Notes under the pieces: generated by a model
What the model was told of the DNA's origin: nothing
The model's input: only the letters and a program-made list of their open reading frames with translations
Database searches by the model: none
In this document: in pieces, positions 49,281 through 62,929 of the stretch
Position numbering within the stretch: the first letter of the stretch is position 1
Layout: every line of letters starts with the position of its first letter
Program-made: the position numbers and the translations under genes
From: Euglena gracilis
Taxonomy: Eukaryota
DNA: 64,000 nucleotides
Assembly (NCBI GenBank): GCA_039621445.1
Contig: CP154954.1
Span: 6,459,425-6,523,424, forward strand
Direction: 5' to 3'

Positions 49281-49594
49281 TGTGTACCAGGCGTATGCTT
49301 CTGTCCCCTTCCGTTGAGGAAGTTAGGATGGAAGCAGATCCTATTAGGATCTCCTAATGGGTGCCCCTTCTCTCTCCACAGGTGGTATTCTTCTTTATAC
49401 CTTTTCCTTCCTTTCCATCGGACCGGACTTGGTTATCCAGTCCGTCCTCTCTGCATTGCTCTGTGCTTTGCTTCTTGGGAAGTGGGAAAAGGTATTTTCT
49501 GTTACTCTGATTTTCAGTTCCCAAGTAGGTGCGCCAAGGCGAAAGCGAAGGCTTTTGGGAATTGGGAAAGGGAATTGGGAATCAGACGTACACT
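49281..49594 (+). repeat. Element B 3' LTR
   Basis: Direct repeat of 33020-33333, followed by TSD cccag. Confidence 0.95.
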
Positions 49595-51499
49595 CCCAGC
49601 CGCGGGAACCAAGTAGCACTTGAAAGGAAAAGAATCAAATAAAAAAAGCAACAGAAACAATAAAAAGTAAAAAAAAATTGTGGCACATTTGAGCAGTTTC
49701 AAACAAACGGCAGGCCGTCCACCCGAAGGGGAAATTCATTTGGCGCGAGGCTGGCCTGGGGTACTTCTTATGCATCTCCGCCATTGTGTACCTGCAACAT
49801 GTGGCAGGGGCAGTCAGAAGGAACCTCCCCAACCCTCAAACCAATCGTTTCTAAAAAAAAAAGGCATACATCTGCATTGTTTATAAAAAGAAAGAATGTG
49901 TTTTATTTTCTCGCAATGCAGGAGGACAGGGCAAATTGCAACTGAGAAATGTGTTTGCTGAACGGTTGAGGCGATCATACCATCAATTCTTGTCGTACAT
50001 TGGCAAACATATTATCAGAAATAATATTTATTTATAAATGGCTACCCTTGCATAAATTTGGATGATGCATTCGTGCCGGACTAATTTTTGAAGACGTGAG
50101 TCATGTATAATCATGACGCAGGTGGCAAATGTGTGTACCGCATCTCAGTGCATGGGACACGCCAGTGGAAACAGTTGCAGAAATACGGCATCAATTGAGG
50201 GTAATTCTTGGCGAAGGTTTGCTCGTTCCGCTCGCCGATGATAGAGAACATTCACATGGGGTAACCCTACTGGTAGTGTGACCGGTAGCAGACAACGTTG
50301 GCAGTGGGCGTTGGAATCACAGTTTAGACAAAGTAACCAGTCGACTTGAACTTCACAATTCAACAGAACAGGCAGAAAGAAGCCAAAGTTCATTGGGTGC
50401 AACAGGGTTCAATGGGGTACTGCATCAGAGGCACTTGGGGTGGCACCTGGAATTCGAAATTCTCAAAAAAAAACTGCAATAAGGAATGCAGAATAAAATA
50501 GCTCTACATCCTCTAGAAAATGTTTATTCTCTAAATTGCAGTGGCTGAGCAAAATTGTTGAGGCAGTGGGGACCTTTGATGCAAAATCATTCACCAATTT
50601 TCACAAACAGCAGGATTCCCAAACTAAAGAAGAAATTGCTAATGGAGAATAATAAATAAAAAATAATAAATAAAATAAATAATAAGCAAAAGAAGCATAA
50701 TATAAGCATAATAAGCATAAGAATAATAAATAAAATTTGCAAAACACAAAAAGAATAATAATACCTTTGGAGGATTCTTGTTCAAATAAAAACCATCAAC
50801 CATCAACCTCGAGTTACCTCTGGTTTCCATTTCCAACTGCACATTTAATGAGTGGAACCCGGGCAACGTCCAGTTGGATTTGCCCGACTGCAACAATTGG
50901 ACCGACTCCTGGGCGGAAAGGACGGAGGTCTGCCCTTTGGCCAAACCGCCAGAAACCCATCACCGACCAGTGGCACACCCTACTGGATTTGATGTGTTCG
51001 GCGGGGGGTAAGGCTATATACAGAGGAGACAGCCTGTTCGAGGTACAGGGGAGGGGAGGGGAGGTGAGAAGGGTGAGCATAGCGAGAAGTGGGGATGCGG
51101 CGGTTGTACAGGCAGTTTGTAATCCTGTGCTTCACCGCAACATCGTTTCTGAATGGCCTTGGTCCTCTGGCGTGCAGGACTTTGGTCACGTAGTCCACCG
51201 ACATATGCCGGACTCCGATGGTATGAAGAGAAACCAAGCAGGTCGGGTGCACGAAGCGATGCGGGAAGGAGATAGACCGTAGTGAAAGCAGAGCTACGCC
51301 GCTGAAGATCAGCTGGTGCCTTGTGTCCAGTGAGGCTTGGCCGTGAACTTAGAAACGACAGTGCCGCTTGAGTGGCAGCGAGTTTTTTGCAACTGGTACT
51401 TGGCACCGATGGCGTTTTTAGAGTGAGTATGGGTGATGGGAGTTGCTTCCACCACCATCAGTCAGGTCCTCCGCGCACTGACCCCAAGCCAGCTGCTTT

Positions 51500-52075
51500 G
51501 CTAGCTCCCTGGCCAGGTCCATGCTGAGGCCCTGCCCGCAGTTTGCCTCCGTGGCCCTCCTTTCCAACGAGTCGTGCTATCCCACCAGCAGACGGACACA
51601 CTGGCTAACGAAGTTGAGGGCAGCATCTCCCATGCCTCCGTAGCAATCAAGAACGAAGGGAATAAACGTCCATCCCCTCCGTTTGCAGCCATCACCGTAC
51701 TTCTTAATTTTTTCGTCCTCCTGTGACTCGTGCCATTCCCAAAGGTGTTCCGTCCCAGGTCGCACACGGGATGGGGCAAGGGGGTGGCGGACAGTCACAT
51801 CGATGGCTGCTTGGCTATTGGCGTCATACCGCATCGCAAATACGTCTCCTGGACGAAAACCATCAGAGGCACTTTCTTCTCTTCTGGCTTGGAATCCAGC
51901 TCTTTTGGCCAGGCCCAAGAGATAAGATGGCACCGCCCCGTGTCGCCTTACAATGTTGTTTCGGTGGCAACAGACGAGATGGTGGCCTCTTACATGAAGG
52001 GGGTTGTGGCACCGGGAGCCACCATAGGCTCCATGTCCATGTCAATTTCTTCTCCGCAGCACTTTCATTGAAGCC
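51500..52075 (-). pseudogene. 5'-truncated, decayed non-LTR retrotransposon: restriction-like endonuclease (RLE) end
   Basis: AKRAGFQARRE...RPGDVF...AAIDVTVRHP...EDEKIKKY...FIPFVLDCYGGMG is the RPD..D...K..KY RLE signature of CRE/NeSL/R2-type elements, preceded by a broken Cys motif (CCGEEID). Confidence 0.8.
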
Positions 52076-53360
52076 AAATTGAAATTGTAGACTGTAAATT
52101 GGTGCTCGTCTGAGTCGTGTCATTATAGATATGCGTTTGTTAGATATGTTAGATATGCGCTCACCATCTTCTTGTGCTTCGCCCTCTTGGTCCCTTCCTC
52201 CCCCTTCCTCTGTCGTGGGAGTCCGAACTTCTTCTCTTACCTCGTAAAATCTGCTCCTGTCTTCTGGGCTTCGAAGGGCAATTTAGGAGTCAGCCAACTC
52301 CGGCGAAACAGGCGCTGAGCGGGGACTCCAGACCCAGCGCGCTGTCTTTGAGCTTCGCCCTCGGTGCCCCTTCCTCCCTTCTCGGTCTGCCTCGAGGGAG
52401 CACGAAATCGCAGCTAGCCGCCGGCGAGCAAGGAATGGCCTCAATGGAAAAGTGCGGGCCCGACGTGTCGCTCAACGACGCTGTGGCCCAGAAGCTGGAA
52501 ATTTTTGGGGCGGCTGGTGGGACAGCCTCCTGGCTGACCCCCCTGGACTGGAACTTGTCGATGGTCGAACAGGGGTGCCAAATAGTCGAAATTCCAAAAA
52601 AAATATGTCAAAAATGTTTTTTATCTGACCCATTTTGGCACCGAAAGCAAAAAAAAATGCGTCACTGAGGGCGGCTGAAATTAATAAAACTTCTGGGAAA
52701 AAGACTGGTGGCTGGCTGGATCCCCCCTGGGGGTCAAAGTTTCTCAAGCTGCACCCTCATCCTGGAATTCCCCTGCCAATGCATTTTTCCACAATGTGTA
52801 CACACACAAAAACCCATATTTTGAATCTGACACAAACATGTAAAATGCTTTTCATTGAAATCAGCATAAGGCACAAAAAGATTCCACCAATACAAGAGAG
52901 TGGTCTCGATGCCCAAATGTCCACAACTCAGCCCCCATCATTTAATGATGCTATGCAACATTCTTCTTCACCATCCAAAACACGCAATATCCTGGCTTTT
53001 CAACCCCTCAAATATTTCTCTCACTGAGGTTCGCCGGCAAAGCATGGATACCCACAACCGGCTGTACAGGGTCGGGCTTTGGAGTGCCTGTTCTGCAAGC
53101 ACCTTCGGCCCATCCAATTTTGAGGTCGGCACTGGGAAAATGAATTAAACAGGCTGAAGAGAGTTTCCGCCAATCCAGAGAAGAACCCATCAATGACGGA
53201 TCCAACCAGATCGTGTCAACTCCCCAGCAAGGAAGGATGGCGGGGGCAAAACCTTCATGGCAGCACATCTTCGCTTCATTCCACTTTCCAACAACGGCAG
53301 AAATGGGGAAAAAACAAACAAAAGAATGGGGGGGGGAATTGGTGAAAATGATGTCCCAAG

Positions 53361-53623
53361 CATGCTTGTGCATACCGACCGGGGGGGGGGAGGGGGGGTG
53401 GGTGCTATAGGGTGCCTGCCCCTAGCAGGCACCCCCCCCCGGGGGGATAGGGGTCCGGGGGGGACCCAGAAAATTTTCATTGAAAATGGCCTTTTCCGGG
53501 CCCCCGGCGCCGGGGTCGGAGGGCACCCCCCGGGGGGGGGGGGTCGGATCGGGTGCCATGGGGTGCCTGCCCCTAGCACCCCCCCCCCCCTGTGGGGTAG
53601 GCACCCGACTAAGCACAAGCCTG
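53361..53623. mobile_element. hAT-type MITE, 8-bp TSD gtcccaag
   Basis: TIRs catgcttgtgc / gcacaagcctg; gtcccaag on both sides. Confidence 0.8.
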
Positions 53624-56335
53624 GTCCCAAGGCAGGAATTTATTTAAGGGGTCGGTTTTGGGCCCCGGTGCCTGCTGACCTGGTCAATTTTCCCTTGAAA
53701 ATGGACATTTAATCTGGCCCCTCGCCCCTGTGGAAACCCAACCCCCCCTCCACACCACCCCACCAGCCGGCCTGGGAAAAAAATGACCGGAATGAAGGTG
53801 CTGGCAAAAGGGGGAAAAAAATCCTGGCCGGACTCCCAGGGCCTGGGCACGAAAGCAACGACGTGGAGCTTCGCGATCCGAGGGCACAGGTCCCCCAGGG
53901 CCGAAACTGAAACACTGGGCAACAAAACAAGGGAAAATGAAACATTCCACAACACATTTTGCGCAACAGCATCCCCAACGTGTTCATTGTGAAAAAATTG
54001 TGCTTGTTGTGCATTTGCGCAAATACTACAATTTTGACAACAACCCACCCCCACGCCTCCTGCCTTCCGAGTTTAAAAGAAGCCGGTTGCTCTGTCAAAG
54101 CGGAAGCCGTGGACATGAAGGTGGGTTTCCAAAAAAAGTGATCACTGTGACTCACATCCGCAATAGCCGCAGCTATGTGGCTGGACCAATCGGCCAAGGC
54201 AATCAGAAGCCAGCCAGACAACCTGCATAGACCTGAAAGCAATGCAATGAAGTAGGGCACGGGGGTGATCCAGAGCATAGATTCACTTGGTACTTGGTGA
54301 TCCGGGGGGGGGGGGGCAATTTTTCCCGGACCAAACCCACCCACCGACTTTTTTCAAAAACCAACCCCCCAAACCCAGCCAACATCGGCTGAAAACACTT
54401 GAAAAATTCTCCGGCCCAGCCTTCTGCCGGGCCAAAATCTTACCTATGGCGCACCCCACCCGAGGTGCACCATTGGGGGGGGGGGGGCCAAACCACCACT
54501 CATTCTTGAAACCCCATGGGGTGGGATCACACAGGTGTCAAGTGAATCTATTTTTCAGAGACTTTAAAGCTGCTGGAAAAAGAATAGGAAGGAAGGCACA
54601 TACTTAGGCGCGCATCTCGCACTTAAGGATTTTTTTCTTTGTCGATTTGGGCAAATGTGCACATCGACATTTTTGACAAAACCCCCTGGACATGACTCCC
54701 CAAAACCCAAAAATGTCAGCAGGATGATGGGGTTAGGACGGGGAGATGGAAGCAGGGACTTTGAGCATTTGAGTTTGTGCCTGAGGGTAAGGCAAATATC
54801 ACCACAGCACATGGTATACACAACATTCAGCAAATGTGTTTGGAACCCTCCAATTTCTGCCTCATTGACTTAGGATGTTGACTGAACGATTTGATGGGGT
54901 GTGCCCAAGCCTGATACTTTTGTGTGAAAAATTGGCGGTCGGAGTGTGCAAACGCGCAAATGGTTGGTGCACACAAACCTGTGTAACTGTGAAAAGGGAC
55001 ACGTGTGCCAGCGGCAATTTGTGTGTTTGCAGAATTGTACAAGTGGTTGGTTTGTGCAAATTCAAAAAAAAGTCTTGACTGGTTTGCGCATCTGCGCACG
55101 CAAACCACTTGGACAACTTAAAATACGTACCGTTCAGAGGGAGCGGCACCACTGCAATTTGGAAATCCTTAAATGCGAGGTACTTTGTAGAACTTAAATG
55201 CAACTAAAAAACCAGCGTGAGGCCCAAATTTGAACATCGGCTGTTTAGCCTGTGAAAAAAGCAATTTCTGACCCCCGAAAAAAACCATCAGAACTTCGGG
55301 ACTTCCAGGTTTTATCCTGAAAAACTGAGTTTAAAAGTGCCCTTCAACTCCAGTTTCTTGTCCAAAATGAGGCACAATACAACGGCCTGGACGTGTCAAC
55401 TGACTTGAAAATCTTGGTGTTCAGGGGGCCATGCAATGCAATACACTGAAATGCTTCATTTGACCATCTCAGACATACCTTACAGCGCCACCATTTTGAC
55501 CACAACACCCCCACACGCTGCTCTTCTCCTGTTCCCATTCTTGTCTTCTCGCATCCTTCCCTGTTGCCAAGGCTTCAAACTGAAAACAACAAGCTTGAAA
55601 ACAAATTTTGATTGGTGTGCACTATTGCGAAAAGCAGCCATTTTAATGGTTGACATGGAAATTGTGCATACCAACCGCCCAAACATACCAGCAGTATTCA
55701 AAAGAGGGGGTCCAGCGCCATGGGAACACTCCCACACAACAGCATACATGATGTCGATGTGCGCAAATGTGCACATGCACGATGTGCACATTTGCCCACG
55801 CCGACCATTTTAAATCCCAACCAGTAGACTCCTATGTGAACATGTTTGGAGCTGGAAAAACAATGGCATGAGATTGTGGCATTAACTCCTTTGCAATGGA
55901 GCCTTAAACATCAGTGGAGCATTGATGGATTTTTGCCATCGACTGTGTTCTGTATCCCCCTCATCAACTCCCAGTGGCAGAATTCTCGAACAGCCCATTG
56001 TATATGTGGCATGTGCACTTCTACTCTTTTTGTAACCAACTTCAAAAACATCCACAATGCGCCGCAAAAACTTCAGAAAGCAAGCAAAGGGGTGGACTCG
56101 CCACCCCACCTCCAGAGCACCACCTGGCGCCACAGGTTGTCATAAAGGAAAAGGGGGAGGCGGAGCTGGGGTTTTGGTGTTTTTGTCGGTGCTTTTTTAC
56201 TTTGGGGGGGGGGGTAGGACTGGGGGTGTTCGTGTCAGTCCAACCTAAAAAAAAAAACGGCAAAAAAAACATGTAATCCCTAGGAGATGACAATTTGCTC
56301 ATATTTTGGCCAATCCTGCTGCCTCTCGTTCTGAC

Positions 56336-56656
56336 CAGGCTGTTTTTTACCAACCCCGGGGGGGGGGAGGGGGGGGGTCCGGAGTGCCTGTGAGTGCCTG
56401 CCCAGGCAGGCACTACCTCCCCCCCCCCGGGGGGGGGGGGGTCGGATTTCGGCCTGTGCCTGGGCACATTCCTTTGAAAATAGGCCATTTTTGGCTCCCA
56501 GGCGCCTTTGGCGCCGGGGTTGTGCTAGGGCACTTTTCGCGTGTGCCCTACCCCCCCCCCCCCCGGGGGGTCGGATTTGAAGTGCCTTGGGATGCCTGCC
56601 CAGGCAGGCACCCCCCCCCCCGGGGTGGGGTCGGCACCCGACTAAAATACAGCCTG
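56336..56656. mobile_element. hAT-type MITE, TSD gttctgac/gatctgac (1 mismatch)
   Basis: TIRs caggctgttttt / aaaatacagcctg; internal sequence related to 53361-53623. Confidence 0.7.
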
Positions 56657-57995
56657 GATCTGACCCATGGGTGCGAAGAAACACACCCCAACCAAAAAAA
56701 GCTTAAATGCGAGATGTGCCGCCTGAGACACTTGTTGGAGAGGAAGGGGGTTCAGACAAAAACTGGGGAGGCAGGGATACTCAATGATCGCTGTTCTAAT
56801 GGATTGGACGCTTTGGTCAAGCACGCCACCTGCAAATGAAACAAAAGTGGAACTTGCCTTTTTTTCCAAAAAAAAAAAACAGTCAGCCAGATGACAACAA
56901 AACGAAACAATGCAACTCTTCCAAATCAAATTACCAGCCTTTGATGCAAGAAATCTGCGTGCACTTTTCCCAAACAAAAGACTTTTGATTTCAACGACAT
57001 TTCTTCCCTCTTACCTCTGAAACAGGGCGTTGCTGAAAGAGCTCAAAGGAAGAAAAAAAAAACACTTAAGCTAGCTGGAAAAAGGCTGAAAATCACAAAA
57101 AAAAAACTGCCAGATATGCAAACAATCGATTTTTGACCCAAAATTTGCCCTGCCTGCTGTTTTCCGACCCATTTTTGCCCATTTTCGACATATTTTTTGT
57201 ACTCCTGAAAGCCAAAAATCCGTTATCGTCCAGCCGCCCAAATTGAATTAAATGGAAATGAAATGAATAAAACCCATTGATGGGGGGAGGGGGTCTGCTG
57301 GAAAACGGCTGCTGGCGGGATGGACCCCAGGGGGTGGGGTCAAAATTTCTTAAGCTATTCTTAAAATTAATTGCCTCCCTGAATCCGCTGCTGGTTGCCC
57401 GGAATCGGCAGCTGAATTCTCAAAGTCTTCCAAAGCCTGAAATTTATTATGGTGTGGTCTGGTGCCAGGACCCTGCAATAAAAGCTTGTCAATTAGGGTG
57501 CCGGGACGTTAAATACAGCAATGCGACGCACACGACAAGCTCAGCCACGGATCTCCCAGGGGGAGGGCGGGTCCTAACCTGGGACAGCAGAAACCAAAAA
57601 TTGGACAATCGATCAAAGAAGTGAGCCGCGGGGCTCGTTCCTAAAAAGCCCACGCGACAACTCCAAAAAACCCCGGGAAAACTAAACACACCATTCGTTT
57701 GGCCATTTTTGGATTGTTTCTCCAAAAGTTTTGGAATTGCAAGACACATACACATATTTCGGGTGGATTCAGCAAAGAGGGGGCAGCCCAGCTGGGCTGC
57801 TCGCAGCACCCCCCTTGGGGGGGGGGGGTGCTTCTGCGGCTGGGCGGAGTCAAAATCGGGCCTGGCTACCAGAGCCCCCTTGGGGGGGGGGGGGCGGGGA
57901 GAGGGGCAGGCTTCTTTTTACCCACCCCGGGTGCCTTGTGCTATGGGGTGCCTGCCTATACAGGCACACACCCCCAGAGGGGGTCGGTTTTGGAC

Positions 57996-58267
57996 CAGGG
58001 GTTTTTTAAAGACCGGGGGGGGGGCAGGGGGGGTCCCACCCCCCCTCCCCCCCCCCGGGGCCCCCCGGGGGGGGGGGGGGTCCCGGGGGACCCACAAAAA
58101 ATGGCCGAAAAATCGCGAAAAATGCTAAAAATGGCATTTTTTCGGCGCCCGCGGCGCCGAAGAGTATATACCACCCCCCTCCGGGGGGACCCCCCCAGGG
58201 GGGGGGGCTCGGCCGGACCCCCCCCCCCTACCCCCCCCCCCGGGGGCCCCGACCAAAAAAACCCCTG
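57996..58267. mobile_element. hAT-type MITE, 8-bp TSD ttttggac
   Basis: TIRs caggggtttttt / aaaaaacccctg; ttttggac at 57988-57995 and 58268-58275. Confidence 0.85.
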
Positions 58268-59323
58268 TTTTGGACCCAGGTGCCTGCCGACCCAGCCAAA
58301 TTTCCTTTTAAAACGGCCTCTTTCGGGCTCCGGCAACTTTGGCGCCGGGGAGTGTGCTAGAGCACTGCCCACCCCAAAACCCGACCCCCCCCCCAAAAGT
58401 GCCTCACCCGGAGGTGCGCACTTCCGGGGAAAAAAACTGGCGAGGGAGGAGCAAATATTATTCTTTTTTGGGGGGAGACGACCCGAGGATGGAAACACAA
58501 AAAAAACCACTTGCTTGAGATATGAACTCAGGCGGCCAAACTCACACAGAAAGATTTTTCCTTGATTCTTTTCCTTCTTTGAAAGCTATGGTTCCTGACT
58601 TTTCATGTGTGTTTGATTGGGGGGGGGGTTCCCACAAAAAATATGTGGAAAACATGGGTGAAATGCGCTTGAGGGAAAAGAGCCTTGAAGAAAATGCATT
58701 TGCATGCAACAAACCCAAACCATAATCCTTTTTATTTTATAATTCTACCTGCGGGGAAATCCCAATGTGAAAGGGTCTGTCCATCCCTTGGGGGGAGAGG
58801 GCATTGGTGTGCCTTTGGGGGGGGGGGGACAGCGCAGGCATACAAAAAATCAGCAAACAAATTAGGGTCCCCAGGAGGCCGAACCAGCAAAAATGTGCAT
58901 CCTCAGCTCTCTTGCTGAAACTTGGGGAGGAGGTGACTAACATAAACTCCTGTTGGGAGACACACACATGCATGCACGCAGGCACGCACGCGCACACATG
59001 CACATACAGCAGGGACTAATGACACACAGAGTGACGCATTTGCAATTGCGCTTTCAAAAAAACATCAGACCTGCTTATTTGTCACTTTATCAACAATCTC
59101 ATCACTTTCCGGATCTCTTTCTGGCATGCAGTTAGCCTCGGTGTTGTCACCATCAACTGCAGAACGAAACAATAAAAATGCAGAAAAAAACATTTTCTGA
59201 GACAACCTGAAAGCTCATAGGCACATGATGAACTCCAGACAGAGTTTATATAAAGCCAGGATTGAAGTCCAACCCCAACCCATCAGCAAAATGGCCTCCA
59301 CATTTGGCCTGGAAGCTCCAGGT

Positions 59324-59395
59324 CAGGCTTCTTTTTAAGACCCCCGGGGGGGAGGGGGTCCCCCCACCCACCCAGGGTGGCGCCGGGCCCCACCC

Positions 59396-59428
<33 letters not shown>

Positions 59429-59610
59429 CGGGGACCCCCCAAAATCGGGCCCGTTAAAGGCAATTTCCAAAAATTTTCGGCGCTTCGCGCCGAAAAGGTA
59501 TACCCAGCGCCTCCGGCGCGGGACCCCCCCCCCCCCCCCAGGGGGGGGCGGGCCCGGACCAACCCACCCCCCCCCCGGGGGGGGGGTCTGCTGACTTAAA
59601 AAGAAGCCTG
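59324..59610. mobile_element. hAT-type MITE, 8-bp TSD ctccaggt
   Basis: 16-bp TIRs caggcttctttttaag / cttaaaaagaagcctg; ctccaggt on both sides. Confidence 0.88.
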
Positions 59611-62034
59611 CTCCAGGTGCAAAAAAATGCCCCCAAAATGGCAAAATAAAACGTGATGTTGGGATTCCTGCTGACAAATTTATGAGGAAAGCAGGATTCG
59701 GAGAACGGAGGGACGCACACCCGGGGACAAATCAGTGCTCGACTGCAGCCCATCAGGGATGCCCTTGAACCATTTCCGGGCGGACACCAGCCACGCCACC
59801 CATGAGCCGAGCAGGATCGCTCCAAGCATCACCGGGGAGTAGTTGGGGGGCAAGCATTTCCTGCTCCTGGCTTCACAGGCCAGTCCTGGCGCAATCCAAT
59901 TTGTAAACTTTAATTTTTTCCGTAATTAAATCTATTTAAATTTAAAATTGTAAATGTAAATTTTTCCTTTTTTGAGTGGAATATTAATTCTTAATTAATA
60001 TTATTAATTAATATTAATATTAATATTAATTAATTAATAATGATTCCAAAAAGTGCTGGACGATGCCCGTCAATCTCCAAAATGAAAGGTGAGCAGATGC
60101 TGATCTTTTTTGTGAAAATCCCGAAGAGACACCATTTCAGGGCAAGAGGGTGGACACTCTTGGGAATGCTTGGAATTTCTATGACATACCAAAAAACAGA
60201 AAGTTGTTTTTGGGAGTGCAAAAATGCTTGTATTGCAAACACTGGGCGACAAGACAAATATGATGAAACACAGCAATTGCAAACCACAACTTCTCCCCAT
60301 TGATTTGTACAGTTGTTAAATTGAATCTTTTCCCCTGAACTTTCAAAGGTGTGGCTCAGGGCGTTGCTTAACGACCCCCCCCCCCCCAGGTCCAGCTCAG
60401 AGGCTGGAAAATCTGGGCTGGCTGGAAAAGGCTGCTGACTGACCCAGGGAGGGGGAAACCCCCGACTGGAGCTGGCCCAACCCGGGGTCGAACCAGGTTG
60501 CAAAAAAATCGAAATTTGCAAAAATGTCAAAAAAACCGCCAATGATGCAAAAAAAAAATAGATTTGTTGACCCCAAAATTTGCCTGGCCCACCCTTTCCC
60601 GACCCATTTTCGTCCATTTTTGGCCCCCGAAAGCGAAAAATCCGTTTACCGTCCAGCCGCCCTTCAGGCAGCTGGAAATAAATAAATATCGTTGATGGGG
60701 GGAGGGGGTCCGGGGCTGGAAAAAGGCTGCTGGCTGGCTGGACCCCCTCGCGGGGTGGGTGAAATTTTCTTAAGCAACCCCCTGGTGTGGCTTTCTGTGA
60801 AAGACACAAAAAAGTTTGTTTTTTTTGTCGGCATATTTGATTCCAAGCCCTCTGATCCCATCCCTTTTCACTTTCTTTGTTCAAATGGTCCACTATCCAC
60901 TGGTATGCATCTGGGTTTTTTCGCCCGAAGTCCCCACCTGAGGGGGGGGGGTATTTATTTGGGGAGGGGGTTATTTCTTCAAACATTTTGAAATTTTCTT
61001 CGAAAATATTTAAAACCAAAACAAATACCAAAAAACACCCTTTTTTGGACATATTTTTTTTCACTTTTCACAAAAAAAGCTGACATTTTTTGTGGCCAGA
61101 TGGTCCACAAAACCCCATTTTTTTTGTCATTTGATGCCGTGAATACTGATTTTCAACCACATTTGTTGGAGCGAAAATCGAGATCTGAGACCCGAAATTA
61201 GGGGGGGGGGGTATTTTTTTGGTTGAAATCGTAAGGGGAGGTATCATTTGGGGGGGGGGGGCATTATTTGGGGGGAATTATCTGGGGGAGGGATCACATT
61301 GACATCATCGACATCATCGAGCCGAGAAGGGGGGAGAAGACATTATGTGGTGGGAAGAGTAGATGATAAATCAGCACAAATGCCTGGTTGAGTGAATCCC
61401 CTGTTATGGGGGTCGCTTGGGGCAAGCACATCACCACGAGCATGAACAACGACCACGCCACAGATATCACCCCCATGGGAACACCCCATCTTCCAGAGGC
61501 AGGAGTTGAACAGCTGAAAAGCACAGAAGAGGGGAACCAGCCAGACCAGTGACTGACCCCTCCGGTCAAGTGCCGGGGGGGGGGGATACGGAACAAGGCA
61601 CCTCATTCGGCAAAAAAAAAAAAATGCAAATCATGCAAAAAAAACGCAAAACTTCAAAAATTTGAATCATGCAACTTATGCAACTTGCATATCCCCCGAC
61701 CGAAAATTTTTTACCAAAACTCGGGACATTTCTATTTTAGAACCCAGCAAAGCGGAAAACTATGTTGACATTCAACCGCTGGCAGGAAATAAAATTTGTC
61801 AATGGGGGTCCAGAGGGGGGGAAAACCTGCAGGCTGGCTGGACCCCCCCGCGCTGACCCCCCTCCGAGGCTCTGGAAATATGCCACTAAATACTTGGTGT
61901 ATGGCCATTTGGAGGGGAACGGCACAAAGGCCAGCCCCACCGCTTCCCAAGCCATCCACACCCTTCTCACCTGAAATTGGAGTGCTACGCTCTCGGATCT
62001 ACCGCAAAAATGGAATCCTGCCGAGGAGGTTACC

Positions 62035-62225
62035 TGCCGGAGGCTCCAGGGAGGCTCAGGTAACCAGCCTCCAGGGAGGCTCCGCTCCAGGGAGCCTCCA
62101 GGGAGGCTCCAAGGAGGCTCCAGGGAGGCTTAGGTACTAAAATACTTAGTACTTAGGTACGTAGGTAACCAGCCCCCCTGGAGCCTCCCCGGAGGGAGGC
62201 TCCAAGGAGGCTCAGGTAACCAGCT
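62035..62225. repeat. Degenerate GGAGGCTCCA tandem repeats
   Basis: Direct inspection. Confidence 0.75.
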
Positions 62226-62929
62226 TTGTACACAGGCCGACAATAGGACAGGTGGAGTGCAGTGATGCAATGCGTGGTGCTGCAGACTCGGAATGCATGA
62301 ATCAGCAGTTGCTCACCAGGGGGGGAGGGGAGCGGGGGAAGGGGGGGGGCGGCCTGCCCCGCTCCCCAATAACAAAATCATTTGTATGGACAAATTTTGG
62401 CCAACAACGCGTCAGCTGTCGACGGGTAAACGGTGTGATGCAACTGCAGCAGACTTCGCCTTTCATGTCATGTAACCGAAAAATTGGCGGACGGTGCATA
62501 TGCTTTCATCATATACATCCTGTGTTAATGCTTTGAATGAAATGAACACCCACAGAGAGCAACTCCTCCGACCGCGATTTCGACAGTGGATATGGACTCC
62601 GCTGAAGGAGACCTCTTGACGGGGCGCTTCTGCTTACGCTTCTTCCGGTCACTCTTGGGAGGGGGGATGGGTGGCTGTTCCTGCACACTGTCAGTGTGTT
62701 GAGCTGGTGGTTGTATCACGTCCTGTGACACCAAATCCCGCAGCCTTCGGCGCTTCCGGAGGGGAGGTATTGGGGTGTTGTCTGTTGGGGTTGCAAACAC
62801 TGGCTGGGGGGACATGTCAAACTCCACCGACGCAAGTGGCACGCAATTGTCCAGGAGACTGCACCGTTGAGTTTCCTGTGACCGGAAGAAGATAAGGGTG
62901 TGTATAGCGTATATAGGTGTGAGGTATTA

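Larger units (their letters stand above)
33020..49594 (+). mobile_element. Element B: full-length ~16.6-kb chromodomain Ty3/Gypsy LTR retrotransposon with MTase domain and extra 3' ORF
   Basis: Two 314-bp LTRs with 5 substitutions counted; 5-bp TSD cccag at 33015-33019 and 49595-49599; PBS, PPT and complete domain order. Confidence 0.97.

Noticed and set aside
53700-61500. Multi-exon host gene among the right-flank unique segments
   Set aside because: Several segments look like decayed coding DNA, but I could not assemble a consistent frame or recognise any motif.
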